Program-made: the position numbers and the translations under genes
Shown here: positions 24,703 through 37,298 of the stretch, piece after piece
How the letters are laid out: every line of letters begins with the position of its first letter
How positions within the stretch are numbered: the first letter of the stretch is position 1
The notes under the pieces: model-generated
Database searches by the model: none
Told to the model about the DNA's origin: nothing
Seen by the model: only the letters and a program-made list of their open reading frames with translations
Origin: Zygnema circumcarinatum SAG 698-1b
Lineage: Eukaryota; Plantae; Zygnematophyceae
Direction of reading: 5' to 3'
Assembly (NCBI GenBank): GCA_037447605.1
Contig: CM074804.1
Location: 1,488,001 to 1,552,000, forward strand
Length of the DNA: 64,000 bases

Positions 24703-27700
24703 ATGGGTGAAGAGCAGAGGGAGCCGAGGGAGGCACTGAGCAGTAGGCCGCAGAATGACGGAAACGGAAACTGGAAGGGGAACAGGAACGGAACTGTAAC
24801 TGAAGAGTTGGAAAATGTCGCCATGGAACCAGCAATTGATTCAAATTTCTACAAGAGAAATGGCGTTTTGGAGGCAGCTGAGAGAGAAACAAACAATTTG
24901 GGAGCGTTGGCAGCTTTTGACTCACAGGAGAATGCCAACGGAACGGAGGAGATAAAGCAGCACAACATGGAACCAGCAAGTCACTGCGACGGAACTGGTC
25001 GTGGAACTGCTGGAGCAGCTGCACATGGAACAGTCGGGGGCCCAGGAGTGGGAGGAGAGAAGAGACAAGAGCTTCAGTATGGCGCCAATGTCGAGATGAT
25101 TGAAAAAAATGGAATATTTCAAAATGGCACATTTAATCGGGGAATCGCAGGGAGCTGGAATGACATTTGCTTGCTCGAAAGTTATTTAAAGGACGCAGAG
25201 CTTCAACGAATGGGCACACTTGCTAAAATGAGAGGAGGTTTAAGAGACAATGGGGCTCGGATGCTCAGTGAGAGCTCGGACTTTCAGGTCAATGGAAGGG
25301 TGGAGGGAGAGAGAGGGGGAGAGGGGAAGAGGGAGGGAGAGAAGGTGGAGCTGAGAGTTGCCCTTGATCGGGAGAGGTCTCGGGTTCAAACCCTGCGAGA
25401 GCAACTTTCACAGTTGGAAGAAGTAACCGCCATGCAGAATGTTCATGAGGTGAGAAATCATGGCATTGTTTGAGGAGGAAATGAAGGTGATAGGTTGAGA
25501 CGGAGAGAGAGTGAGAAAGGAGAAAGAGAAAGTAGAGAGGGGGGGTAGTGGGGACAAGAGGAAGGAGTGAGGTGGGGGGGATTTGAGAGCCAAGGACAAA
25601 AGATAGAAGATAGGGAAGTAGTGGGAACAAGAAGAAGAAGAGAGGGGGGCGGGGGGAGGCGGAGAGACGAGGAGAGCCGAAGCAACGAGAGGGATGAGAG
25701 AGGGATAGTGGGAAAATGGGGAAGGAGAGGCGGGGAGGGGAGAGAGAGTGAGCAAGAAGTGAAGCAATTCCAAAGGAGAGGAATGTTAGTTTTCAGAGTG
25801 AATGGGTAGCGAACAGAACTGAGGATAGTATCGTTATTGTTTGCCAAGGGTAAAAAAAAACGAGGGTTACTTTCTGTGTGTAACTTCTCAGGAAAGGTAT
25901 TATGCATTTACATTTTATGAGTGCTCTGTTTGAGTTTAAATTTTTGCTGGGTATGCAGGCGGGAACTCAAGCGGAGCTCGCTCGGTTGCGAGAAGCCAAC
26001 AGTCAGTTAGCCCTGCGAGTAAGTTTTATGTCCTCGTGCTCTCTATGCAGTGACCCTGCGACTCTCTCCCTTTTTTCTCTCTCTCTCTCTGTTTCGTCCT
26101 CTCGTATACTACCTTTCTTTCTCCCGCACCTACACCGACTTTTTCTCTCAGACACATGCACATGCTCCCTCTCTCTCCCATTATCTCTTTCTCCGCCCAC
26201 CCTCCTCCTCTCTCCCTCATCCTCACTCTCTCTAATGCAGCTTCGTACATAATCAAATAACCGAAAGCCCCATTGTTAAAAATCCTAAAAGCCCAGAAAT
26301 CCAAGCACTACTCAGACTGTTCAGAACCCCGATAAACTGTTGATCTAATGCGAAGGTCTAGGGACTTTTCAGGTAGAAACTCTTCAAGATACTGTAGAAA
26401 AAATGGAGAATGAGAGGCGGCAGTTAAACTCTCGATTATCCGCGTTGCAAAGAGCCGTGCAGCAATTGGAGCGGGAGGCCTCTATTCGGGCCCGCGTACA
26501 GTATGATATGGCGGCAGCCACAGCTCAGTCTTCCAAGGTGGGCCTATTCAGCAAACCCTTATAGTATCTGCTAACAACAAAGAAGCTTGTAGACGGTTGG
26601 GCTCGCCCTTCCCATGTATAACCGAGTTCAAACAACATGTCTCGCTTCCTTGTGACTTGGATTTCCTGGGTTTGGGTAACGACAGCGAGAAAGAGGGAAG
26701 AGGGAGCTTTGTGGAGAGAGATAGGGAGAGGGAGGTGGAGGGGGAGAGGGAGGGAGGAGGTAAGGGACAAGGGGGAACACCCTCAAATCCGATTAGTCAA
26801 AATTCTTAACCTCTGAACCCTAGGGGCCCCCTCCTGCAGGGCTGGCTCGGGTGGGGCAGTAAGGACCCTTTGGCGGAGGCAGCAGCCATTGCAGAGGAGG
26901 CGAGGGTTCAGAAGGCGGCGGCGGCAGCCATGGTGGAGAGGCTGGTGGATGAGAACGCAGAGCTTATGGAGCAGGTGGGGGGGCTGTGGAGGGAGAGAGG
27001 GAGTGCTTGAGGGGAGGGAGAGAGAGAGAGAGAGGGCTTATGGAGAGAGACAGAGAGAGAGAGGGCTTGTGGAGAGCGGTAGGGCTTGTGGCGAGAGAGT
27101 GTGTGTGAGAGAGAGGGGGGCTCGTGGAGAGGGAGAGAGGGCACTTAGACAGCGGGAGGCGGCTCGTTTTGGAGTTTGAATTGTTTTGGAATGAGCTTGG
27201 ACTCGGTATGTGAGCGAAATTTTTATTTGTATTTGGTTTGAATTTGGATTTACGCCTTTCTGAGGGACACAGTGCACGTAGTTTTTTCATCTATCTTTCG
27301 CTTTTTTTGTTCTGTTGCTTTCTTTAGTTGGCGGATTCAAGTGGAACAGATCGATTCCTTCTTTCTCTCACTCCTTCTTAACGGGAGACTGGACAGCCTG
27401 TGAAAATCGAGGATCCTAGACATGTGATGACTGAGATTGACTCTAATTCTAGAAACCCACAAAACTCCGATACCCCAGTAACCAATCTCTTTTTTTTCCT
27501 CTTTCTTTCCCTTCGTTTTCCTCCCTCCCATGCTGTTCTACTTGCAGCTTAATGAACAAAGTGCCCTTATTGAGCGGTTGGCTCAAACATACGGGAATCT
27601 CGCACACCGACCAAATTGGGATTTCTCAGCAGAAGCTTCCTTAGCAGCTAAGGAAGACCCTCAGTCTCCAGAGAGGCTCGGAGCCTCTGATGTGGAAGGT

Positions 27701-28465
27701 TTTCTCTCAGAGAGACGATTATCGAGGAAGAATGGAAGTCAAAATTTCTCGGGAAGGGACCTAACTGACTCCGGGAGAATTGACGAAGGCGAATATGGGG
27801 TTGAAGTTCAAGCAAGTAAGGGAGGTGTGGGAGAGAGAGGTGTGGGAGAGAGAGGTGTAGGAGTGAGAGGGGCCTTTCTAAGCCATGATGGTGGAGACAT
27901 GAGTCCAAGTTTCAGTCTCGCAGGGAGTCCACGAGACTCTAGAGAGGAGAGAGGGAGTAATCACGGAACGGTTTTAGGGAACGGAGGAGAGCATGTAGCC
28001 ATTCCTATGTATGTGCCCGGAGCGATCGGATCGGCCCCAACATCATCATCATCACCCCATAAAGGGACCCATAACTCTAGTAATCCAACAACCCCTAAGG
28101 CCCCAAAATATCCTAAAGTTCATAGTCCCTTTAAGAGCCCTGAAAGCCCCATTCACTCTCCCAGGGAGGTCTATGGGACAGTGAATAATTCCCTGACTCG
28201 TGGTTTCTCTCCGCGGAAGGTCCCGCCAGGTGTCAGAATAGGAGTGGTCATGAGTCCGCGAGCTATGGCGGGGGGTCCTTCAAGAGGAGGAGGGGGCGGG
28301 AATCGGAACTTAGGGGGAGCGAGTTATGGAGGGAGAGGAGAGAGGGGAGTCGAATTGTCAAAGAAAGAAAAGAAGCTGTCAATAATTGGAGCCCCGTTTC
28401 GGTTTGTGTCTTATTTGGCGGAGTACGTGAGCGGGGCGGATTTGATAGAGAAGAATTTGGCGTGA
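24703..28465 (+). CDS. Coiled-coil protein, 5 exons, with a plant-type C-terminal motif YVSGADL; start codon uncertain
   Basis: In-phase exons at about 24703-25449, 25958-26017, 26373-26537, 26840-26974 and 27548-28465. Heptad segments (VERLVDENAELMEQ|LNEQ) and terminal FVSYLAEYVSGADLIEKNLA*. Confidence 0.72.
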
Positions 28466-28598
28466 TGGGAAGGAATGGTAATCCTCATATTAGTAGGGTT
28501 TGGGTTTTAGGGTTGCGAATAGTTTTAGCGAAACGGAGAGCGAGATCGGGGAAGGAGAGAGAAGGGTGGGAGGGGGCAGGTATGAAGTAGCTCTCGCG

Positions 28599-28654
<56 letters not shown>

Positions 28655-29777
28655 CCCCTCTCGCTTTCCCTCTTTTTTTCTCATTTTTTGTCTGTTAGTG
28701 GGGGCATCATTCCTAAAGAAGTGTGGTTGCAGGAAAAATTGGCTTCCGGACTTTCGAGTTTTGGAAGCTTGCGGTGTAGTGCGGTTTCCAAAGACTGCGG
28801 TTTAGTCAAGCCATGGTTAATCAAGCCACGGCTAGTCCATCCATGGTTAGTTGCAGTCAAGGCACAGCACAAGCCGCTTCGTGTACATACGACGGGCCTC
28901 CTTTTTAGTCAGTCGGGGCTGCTCGTCGCATAGAATAAGAGCTCTTCGTAGTTTCCGCCAAAAAACTTGGTTGTGTTTCGATGAGAGATTTGGTGATGTG
29001 GTGTTGTGGAATTTTATGGAGAATTGATTTGTGGCTAACGACATCGGGTTAAGATTAAATCTCAACTGTTTCAGATCATTGTCCAAGAAAATTTAGAAAA
29101 CCACCACGACAAAATTTTACTAGACAAATCAGGAAGTGTTTGTACAATTACATCAGCTTGCCAGCCATGGTTGGTTAACCATTCATTTCAAGGCGGTTCC
29201 GGCAAATTTGGTTTTGGGTCGAATTCGTGCACAAGCCTCAGTCAAGCATTGATTCGATGTACGGTTTTGCCGATACGATACGATACGGTACAATGACTCT
29301 GAGATATATCGCATGACGTCACTGCTCCTCGACTTTATTTCCACACCCCAGTTCTATGCATACAGTACTCCGAAACTCGCCTGAATCCCGAGCCCTGATT
29401 CGTCCAAATAAAGGAAAAACGGCCAGTTGACACGTGGGTAGTGGGAATAGGGCCGAGGGGTGTACGCAGTTACTAGCCTATACTGATATAATAGCGTATC
29501 GCGATATTTCGATATGTCTGTTGGGCAGGGGACGCGCTCACGCACGTGTCATCCCACAAACGGATTGGTCGTCGGGGACGGGCAGTTGCCCGAAATAAAA
29601 ATGTCTCAGCAAAAAAAAGATCGTCAAGGTCGATACGATAAATAGATGCAATATCGATACTGTATTTGGTGGCTGGTGGGCTTTCAAACCCTAAAATTCT
29701 CGTTTTTGAGTTGAGTAAATTTTTAAGATTTAAAACCTCTCTCCCACAATTCTCTCTCTCTCTCTCTCTCTCTCCGC

Positions 29778-30671
29778 ATGCTCTTCACATCAACCATAAT
29801 TTTCAGGGACGACTCTCTTCCCGACAATGACGGCAGCCCCTCTCTCTCCCCTCCTCCCTCAGAGCCTCTCCATGTCCATGTCCTGCAGAGCCTGCAGGAG
29901 CGCCATGGCCTCCACATCTGGCCCTGCAGTTACGCTCTCGCCCACAAACTATGGAGAGAGAGGGCTCGCCTGCAGAACAGCCATGTCTTGGAGCTCGGAG
30001 CAGGAACAGCTCTTCCCGGAATACTCGCAGCAAAATTGGGAGCGCGAGTGACTCTTACAGACGCAGAATGTTTTCCCGACATTCTCTTGAATATGAGAGA
30101 AGCATGCAAGATCAATAAAGTAGAGTGTGAGGTTCTCCCACTCACATGGGGAGCCTTTTCAGGAGGAGGAGATGCTGGTGCTTCTCCTGCAGAAGTTTTC
30201 ATTCATGGGGCTCCCGACCTAATTATTGGAGCTGATGTGTTGTATGAGAGCAGCTGCTTTGAGGACCTTTTCGCTACAGTGAGGTGGCTTCTTCGCGGCC
30301 ATGGCTCTGAGCGGAGGCGAAAGTCTTCTCCGCTCCCTCATTCTCTCCCTTCTACCCTTCCTCCATCCACTCCTTCTCTCCCTCTCCCTATTTCTCAAGG
30401 AACTCCTCTCTCCCTTTCTCCTCTACTTTCCTCTGTCTCTCTTGCTCACTTTCCCTCGCCCTCTCCCTCACCTGTTCCTTCTTCCTCTCCCACCCCTCGC
30501 TTCATTACGGCCTATCAGCACAGAAGCTCTCACCGGTCCATTGAGTTCCTCCTCCAGAAATGGGGTTTGAAGGTTGTGGCGATGGCGTCGGCTTCCGAGT
30601 ACGTCCCGGCAAGAGCTTTTGAGAAGCTGCAGGGCGCCTCTGTGCATGTGGTGGAGATCGAGCTCCAATAA
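29778..30671 (+). CDS. METTL23: Intronless Methyltransf_16 family (METTL23-like) SAM-dependent methyltransferase
   Basis: GLHIWPCSYALA, VLELGAGTALPGILAAKLGARVTLTD, DLIIGADVLY, FEDLFATV and HRSSHRSIEFLLQKWGL. Confidence 0.88.
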   Translation: MLFTSTIIFRDDSLPDNDGSPSLSPPPSEPLHVHVLQSLQERHGLHIWPCSYALAHKLWRERARLQNSHVLELGAGTALPGILAAKLGARVTLTDAECFPDILLNMREACKINKVECEVLPLTWGAFSGGGDAGASPAEVFIHGAPDLIIGADVLYESSCFEDLFATVRWLLRGHGSERRRKSSPLPHSLPSTLPPSTPSLPLPISQGTPLSLSPLLSSVSLAHFPSPSPSPVPSSSPTPRFITAYQHRSSHRSIEFLLQKWGLKVVAMASASEYVPARAFEKLQGASVHVVEIELQ

Positions 30672-31229
30672 ACGCCGTCGTCTTTTAGGGTTCCTCGCCT
30701 TGAAAAAGGAAATAAAATTGGAAACATACTTTATGAATAATGCACCTTTCATGATATTTAGTGCGGGCCAGACTCCTTCGGTTTACTCCTAATCGTGTAG
30801 ACAATAAGTAGGCACTGGCTCCACTAGATGGTTAGCGTAATAATGTAGAATACACTTCCTGAGATCTCTGGCATCTTAAGTTTTTTGTAGTTGCTTGTAT
30901 CCATGTTTCATGTAGGTTTTTTGCATACGGCGAATCACCCTCAGTAATTGGGCTGTAAGATTTTGGGCAAACAAACAATTATTGTGCGTTCACTAACTAA
31001 CCGCCCCCACACGTTGGAGTGCCCACACATGAAAGCATAGAACTGCCATCAGTTACAGAACCCGTTCCGCACAAGAACAAAAAATGGAGAGGCAAGACCA
31101 GCAGGAGAAAGCCAAACTTCGAATTACTGTAATGGAAACAGATCACGAAGTCCTCAGCCTCACTTGCCTCACTCTCTCTCTCTCGCTCTTTTTTTTCCCT
31201 CGCTCCCTCTCCCTCTATCTACCTCTCCC

Positions 31230-34200
31230 TTAGGCAGTAGCGCCGCTGCGGAGACGAGCCTGAGACTTCTTTGACCGCCGGGGCCCGCTGTCCTCATCCA
31301 CCTGCAGAAAGCAGCAGGGGCAGACATGTAACGAGAGTCAAAACCTTAAACGAAAATCACCTCAAACACAATATGCATTTCCCATACACTGTATGAAACT
31401 GAACAAGTCAAAAGTGACTTACTGCTAACTGTTCTTGGAAAGACAGTCGACTGAAACAGGACTAAATGAGCATAAATATATTCCCTAATAAGAACGACCT
31501 ATACGAGCAGTGATTTCAGATCTCCAAAACTTTTCTTAAGTTACTTTGTCAAATTCCTCAATTCGTTGAAAAAGTGAGTCAAGGAAATGAATCATGTGAG
31601 AAGTCTGTCACTCTCGCTCTCCTTCCCGCCCTCTTGTGTGTGTGTGGCTCTGTCTCTCCCTCTCAATAACCCACTTATGGGAACTTCAATTCCCTAACTT
31701 GACGAAATGGACTTCTTGACACTGCCAAAGCACATGGCATTCCCCATTTCCAAATACTGAGAGGTGACTCACCTCCTTCTTCACGGGAGCTTCCTTCTCT
31801 GCCAACGTCAGCTCAATGTGGCATGGGGCCGACATGTAGGCTGCCATGCGCCACATCACAACATATCACATCACAACCGTGACGAGCATCTGACATCACA
31901 TACCTGACATCACTTCTCTCATCTCACATCACACCCACATGCAATGGCACAACAGCTTGAAGTAACTTAAGCCCCTAAAACTGCCTCTGCAAAGATGTAC
32001 AAGAAGAAGAAGCCTTCTGCCAAAAGAACACGAAATAGTCTCCTGATACTTATAATACTACCAAAAAATGAGCTTTGAACATTCTCTCCTTCTCGTCATT
32101 CGGTTTAAGTGATAGGAAGCTCACGATTGATGCGACCGTGAGCGCGGTAAGTCCTGCGGCGCTGCTTCTGCGCTTGGTTCACCTGAATGTGCTCCACATA
32201 CAAAGTCTCGACATCCAATCCCTTCACCTGGACTCCCCAAAACCAGCATGGCAATATGTGAGAGCGGAACGAAGAAAGAGAGGAGAGGAGCAGGAGGTAA
32301 GACCTACAAGCGTGCGCGACGCCCCCCTCCTCTCTCTCTCTCTCCCCCTCTACCCCCACCCTTCCCTTTCTCCCCCTCCCAAAAGCTGCGTCTCTCCTTT
32401 CTCCACGCTCTATCTCCACTTGCGCTCTCTCATCCCATTCCTCTCTCTCCTCTCCATATCTCTTCCCCCCTCATCTCTGTTCCCCCCCCCCCACCCTTCC
32501 CTTCGCCTCCCTTCCACAGCCCCATCTCTCGCACGTCTCCTTTTCTCTCATACCGGCTTGCTCTCCCCCATCCCTCTTCCTCTCTCTGCTCTCCACCTCT
32601 CTTTTCCTCCTCACCCCTTTCCTCCCCTCCATCCACTCTCTCTCTCTTTTTAAGCTTTGACGACAAGCCTGCACAAAACTTACGAGGTATGACAACAGAG
32701 CCAAACTACACCAGTCCACCATAGCCGACAAAAGCACAGACGCAGATTTGCCCAACTTACCTCAATTCTACTGACAACAAAAGCATATCCCTTTTAAAAG
32801 CACCCAAGTACTCACCTCTGCGTTGCTCTCTGCATTCTTGAGCAGCCCCAGAAGGAATTGTGCGGACTTCACGGGCCAGCGACCCTGCCCATTGGAGTGC
32901 CGGTTCTTTGCTTGCGCAGTTCTACCGACTCCTCCACAGAACCGGCGAAACGGAATGGCCTGCTTATGAACCATCACATCCTCCAAATAGCGCTTGGCCT
33001 TGCTGAGTTCCATGCGCTTGATCGCCATGGCTGTTTCTCGGGTATTCTGCACGGAAAGAAACGGAACAGTTAGCACGGAAATTTGGGTGCTTAGTGTGTG
33101 ACCTGGGGAACTGGAATAGAATGGAACGGGAAAGACCCAAGGAGAGGATGCATGGAAATAGATCAGAGACATAATACAGGGAGCATTCTAAAGTGAAAGC
33201 TGCGCATAGTCCTCCATGCAGAGTCAGAGTTGCAAGATGCATCCTAAGGCTACGCAACTTCCCTGCTGACCCTATATTCCGAAACCGTACAAATAATGAA
33301 TTATATTGGAGCCAATAGTGTACGAGAACAAGGGGCATGAAAACCCTTAACCCTAAATCTCTAACTCGTCACCCTAACTTCTTGAACTGCTTGTCTCAAG
33401 AATAAGAGAAGTATAAATTGCGGTGTACCTTGAAGTGGACCCGCAAGTCGGAGCCCCTCGCTTTGCAAGCTGTCATAAGAAATAAAAAGAAGAAAAACAC
33501 ACAATTCAATATTTGCTCGAACTAGCGACCGATAGACGCGAACTGTAGTCAAGCATCCTCCAATGGCGAAACGTACACAATTTGTACAAGTGCCAGTCAC
33601 CATTGGAAGATGTTCGAATATTGTTCTCAATGGAGAAAGGGCCTAAGGGATTGACAGATATTGAAAGCACAATTCTCTACTTCTGCATCACTATCAATGC
33701 CTCTCCCCCTCTCCCCTTCGGATCTCTTCTCACTCTCCCATTCCCGTCCCCCCTCCCCCTCTCTCCTCAGTCTTCACCTCTCTCACTCTTCCCACACCTC
33801 CTGCCTCATCCCCACCCCCCCCCCCCTTCTCCCACTTCCCCTTCACTCCACCACCACCTCTACCACCTCTGCTCCCACTCGCATCACCGTTTTTTCCCCT
33901 CCGCCATTTCTCCTTCCCCTAACCCCTTCCACCACCTCTCTCCTCTGCAGTTTCTCGCTCTCCCTTATCACTCAATCTGTTCTCTCTCTATCCGCCCTCC
34001 TCTCTCTCCCCCCCACCCCTCTCCCGCTCGCTCCCAGCCCCTCTCTCTCCTCCCTCGCTTTCTCTACCCCCACACTCTCACTTCCGCCTTCTCTCTCTCG
34101 CCCACCCCTCCCTCCTCCCCATTACTGCCAGGGACATCAGCCGATGGGTGGTGATATATAGAGTAGTCGTCAAGGCTTGTTGGTAACCGCCATTACGACG

Positions 34201-35175
34201 AACGAGACCTTTCAAGAGTTCATCATCGTCCCTGACTTTTCCTCTCCGTCCTTCTCTCTCCTTCTCTCTCCGTCCATTCCCATATTATGTCAACCGAGAC
34301 ACCCTGAACCCTCCTGCCTCTCCCTCTCTTCCCACACCCACTCCGCTCGATGGCGCCTCCGCCATTCTCTCCACAGAGGCACCTCAACGACGCCCGCCTC
34401 TCTCTCATCCAGGCCGGTCCCTCTCCCTCTCCACTCCCTCTCACTCCTCCATCCCCTCCCACTCCCTTCCCCCCTCTCCTACCTCCTCCCTCCTCCCTTC
34501 ATTCCCCTCCTCCCCCTCTCTCTCCCTCTCCTGCTCCCACTCGCACTCCTACCTCCCAATTCCCTCCTCTCTCTCTCAATCATTCCCACCATCTCATTCA
34601 TCTTGCGCATGCTCCCTAACGGACCTCCACTCAAACTGTGAGCACAGAAACGGCGCCTGACGCATGAATGCAATATCTCCCCCGCCTTTTCATCTTACTT
34701 ATCCCCCCCTCAAATATGTATAAAGCTTCAGTAAACAGATTTTTCTACATGGAAACCCTAGCTGCCTGGAACTCACATTTGGTGGCATTCTCCGGCTCCC
34801 GCGCGTACTTCACCTGCACGTCAGCAAGGCCCGCATAAAACATTAAGAAAATAAACCAAAAAAGGGCCGTTTGATGTAATAAATAGCATGCTCTAAAACC
34901 CTAATCTCCACCTTGCACTCACACACTCCAATCCCTCAACCCTTGATACCATCACACCTTCAAATCTCAAACCCTAATCAGACCTCAGCCTCCTCCAAAC
35001 CCTAATTTCAAGGAACCACCCAAAGCTGCCCCTGAGCCCCAACCTATGCAACCCTAAACCTAGCCCTTAAGCCCTAGCCCCTCCCCCTCAGCCCTGAACC
35101 CTGAACTGCCGCCGAGTACCCAAAGCCCTGAGCCCTAAACCCTAAACCCTGGGTAGGCGCGGGGGCGCGCACCAT
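31230..35175 (-). CDS. RPL17: 60S ribosomal protein L17 (uL22), 7 exons
   Basis: M|[12 protein letters not shown]|[14 protein letters not shown]|[10 protein letters not shown]...AESNAE|[34 protein letters not shown]|[23 protein letters not shown]|[23 protein letters not shown]. Confidence 0.97.
34130..34233 (-). ncRNA. Intronic box C/D snoRNA with two guides, both apparently against 18S rRNA
   Basis: Terminal stem AGGGAC/GTCCCT, C box ATGATGA, C' TGACGA and D box CTGA. Guide AGGTCTCGTTCGT is complementary to conserved 18S ACGAACGAGACCT. Guide TCACCACCCAT is complementary to 18S ATGGGTGGTGG. Confidence 0.88.
34950..35150. promoter_or_regulatory. Telo-box (AAACCCTAA) cluster in RPL17 intron 1
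   Basis: Several AAACCCTAA/AACCCT motifs. Telo-boxes are typical of plant ribosomal protein genes, but they are also abundant elsewhere in this window. Confidence 0.45.
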
Positions 35176-35933
35176 GGCTGCCGCGCCCCTCGGGGGGGAA
35201 GGTCGGCGGAAGCGGTGAAAGAGGGAAGCAGAGTGGCGGGGACCCCGATTATACCCCGCGCGGAGGGTTCAGATTGCCTGAACCCTGCCGCGTTCCGTGT
35301 GCTCCGTTTCACGGATTGTGAAACAGCATGTCACAGAGTGGAAGTTTCTGTATCGTATCTTATGTATCGTATCTTCAAGGTATCGTATTGTTAGGGTACC
35401 GTGTTGTTAGTGTATCGTATTGTTAGGGTATCGTATCGCTGTGGTATCTTCTTGTATCGTTTTGCCTATCGTACGTAAGAGGGAACGCGTTGCCTGTCAC
35501 GGGACTGGAACTGGAGGGGAGTAGACGCTGGAACGCATATGACGTGTGAATGAGCGGGTGAAACGGGGGACCGAACTGGGAAAAATCCATAGAACGGCAA
35601 ACACGCTTGCAGAGCACGACTGTACGGATGGTTAACTACGAGAAAACCGTGGTCAATGTTTTGCTGTACGGGTGGTAACCAAATGGTTAGCTATATATGG
35701 GACAACAAATAGTTGGCCAGCACTGGGCTTGCGGCAACCGCCGGTCCTTCGTCAAATTTTGGCGAAATCGACCAGACCACATTTCGAGACTAATTTGCCT
35801 CCCCCTTGCATTCTCCCCACAAGAAAACGAAAAAGAAAATTGGGCGTCCGATTATTAACCTATATAAAGAAATCAGAAGAGGAAAAGAAGGAAATGAGGG
35901 AACATGCGAGAGTGGCCCTTCTCCTCCTCCCCC

Positions 35934-37241
35934 TCAGAACCACTTCCCTCCCTGCAGGTACTCGGCCTCCTCCGGGGTGCTTTCCCGCCCGAGCGCGCCG
36001 TTCCGGTGCGGGAAGCGTCCAAAGCGCCGTACGACCACGCGGTGCCGCTCCGCGAACTCGAGCATCGCCTTTGTCGCCTTCTGCACCGCGTCCGGCGAGG
36101 AGGAGGAGGAGGCGGCGGCCGCGGCTTGCGCAAACAATTTGACGGAGCGGTCCTGGTCGGCCAAATCTGCGAATGCAAATACTTCGGCTTGGACTTCAGG
36201 ACAAGAGAAATGATGATAGCGTTGGGGGCGTAGGGGGGAGGGTGGAGGAGGAGGGAGGGGGGAGGAGGGAGGAGGGAGGAGGAGGGAGAAGGAGGAGGGA
36301 GGGGAGAGGAAGAGGGAGGTGGGAGGAGGAGGGAGGGGGAGGAGGGAGGGGGAGGAGGGAGGGGGAGGAGGGAGGGAGGGGGAGGAGGGAGGAGGGAGGG
36401 AGGAGGGAGAAGGAGGAGGGAGGGGAGAGGAAGAGGGAGGTGGGAGGAGGAGGGAGGGGGGAGGAGGGAGGGGGGAGGAGGGAGGGGGAGGAGGAGGGAG
36501 GGGGGAGGAGGGAGGAGGGCGGAGGAGGGAGAAGGAGGAGGGGGAGGGGAGAGGAGAGGGAGGTGGGAGGAGGGAGGGGGGGGAGGAGGGAGGAGGGAGG
36601 GGGAGGAGGAGGGAGGGGGAGGAGGGAGGAGGGAGGAGGAGGGAGAAGGAGGAGGGAGGGGAGAGGAAGAGGGAGGTGGGAGGAGGAGGGAGGGGGAGGA
36701 GGGAGGAGGAGGGAGGGGAGGAGGGAGGGAGGGGGAGGAGGGAGGGGGAGGAGGGAGGGGGAGGAGGGAGGGGAGGAGAGGAGGGAGGTGGGAGGAGAAG
36801 GGAGGGTGGAGGAAGAGGGAGGGGAGAGGAGGAGGGAGGTGGGAGGAGGGAGGGTGGAGGAGAAGGGAGGGGAGAGGAGGAGGGAGGGGCGAGGAGGAGG
36901 GAGGGACGAGGAGGAGGGAGGTGGGAGGAAGAGGGAGGAGGGAGGGAGGAGGAGGAGGAGGAGGGAGAGGGAGGAGGGAGGAAGGAGGAGGAGGAGGGAG
37001 GGACGAGGAGGGAGGGAAAAGAAGGGAGGTGGGAGGAGGGAGGGAGGAGAAGGAAGGGGGGAAGAGGAGGGAGGGGGGGAGGAGGGACGGGGAAGGGAGT
37101 AGGAGTGGGAGGGTGGGGGAGTCCGCGAGGAAATGGGGGTGAGAGTAGGAGAGGGATGGGCGGGAGTAGGAGAGGGAAAGGGGGCGAGAAGAAAAAGAGT
37201 TTTGGTTGGAGAGGGAAAGTGCATTGGGGAGGAAGAGAGGA

Positions 37242-37298
<57 letters not shown>

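Noticed and set aside
31500-31600. Second C/D snoRNA in RPL17 intron 6 (ATGATT...CTGA on the minus strand)
   Set aside because: The C box is degenerate, there is no terminal stem, and the rRNA complementarity is weak and wobble-rich.
33500-33620. H/ACA-like hairpin in RPL17 intron 2 (CCAATGGTGA/TCGCCATTGG)
   Set aside because: A stem is present, but I could not place convincing H or ACA boxes or a target. A snoGPS or Infernal search would decide.
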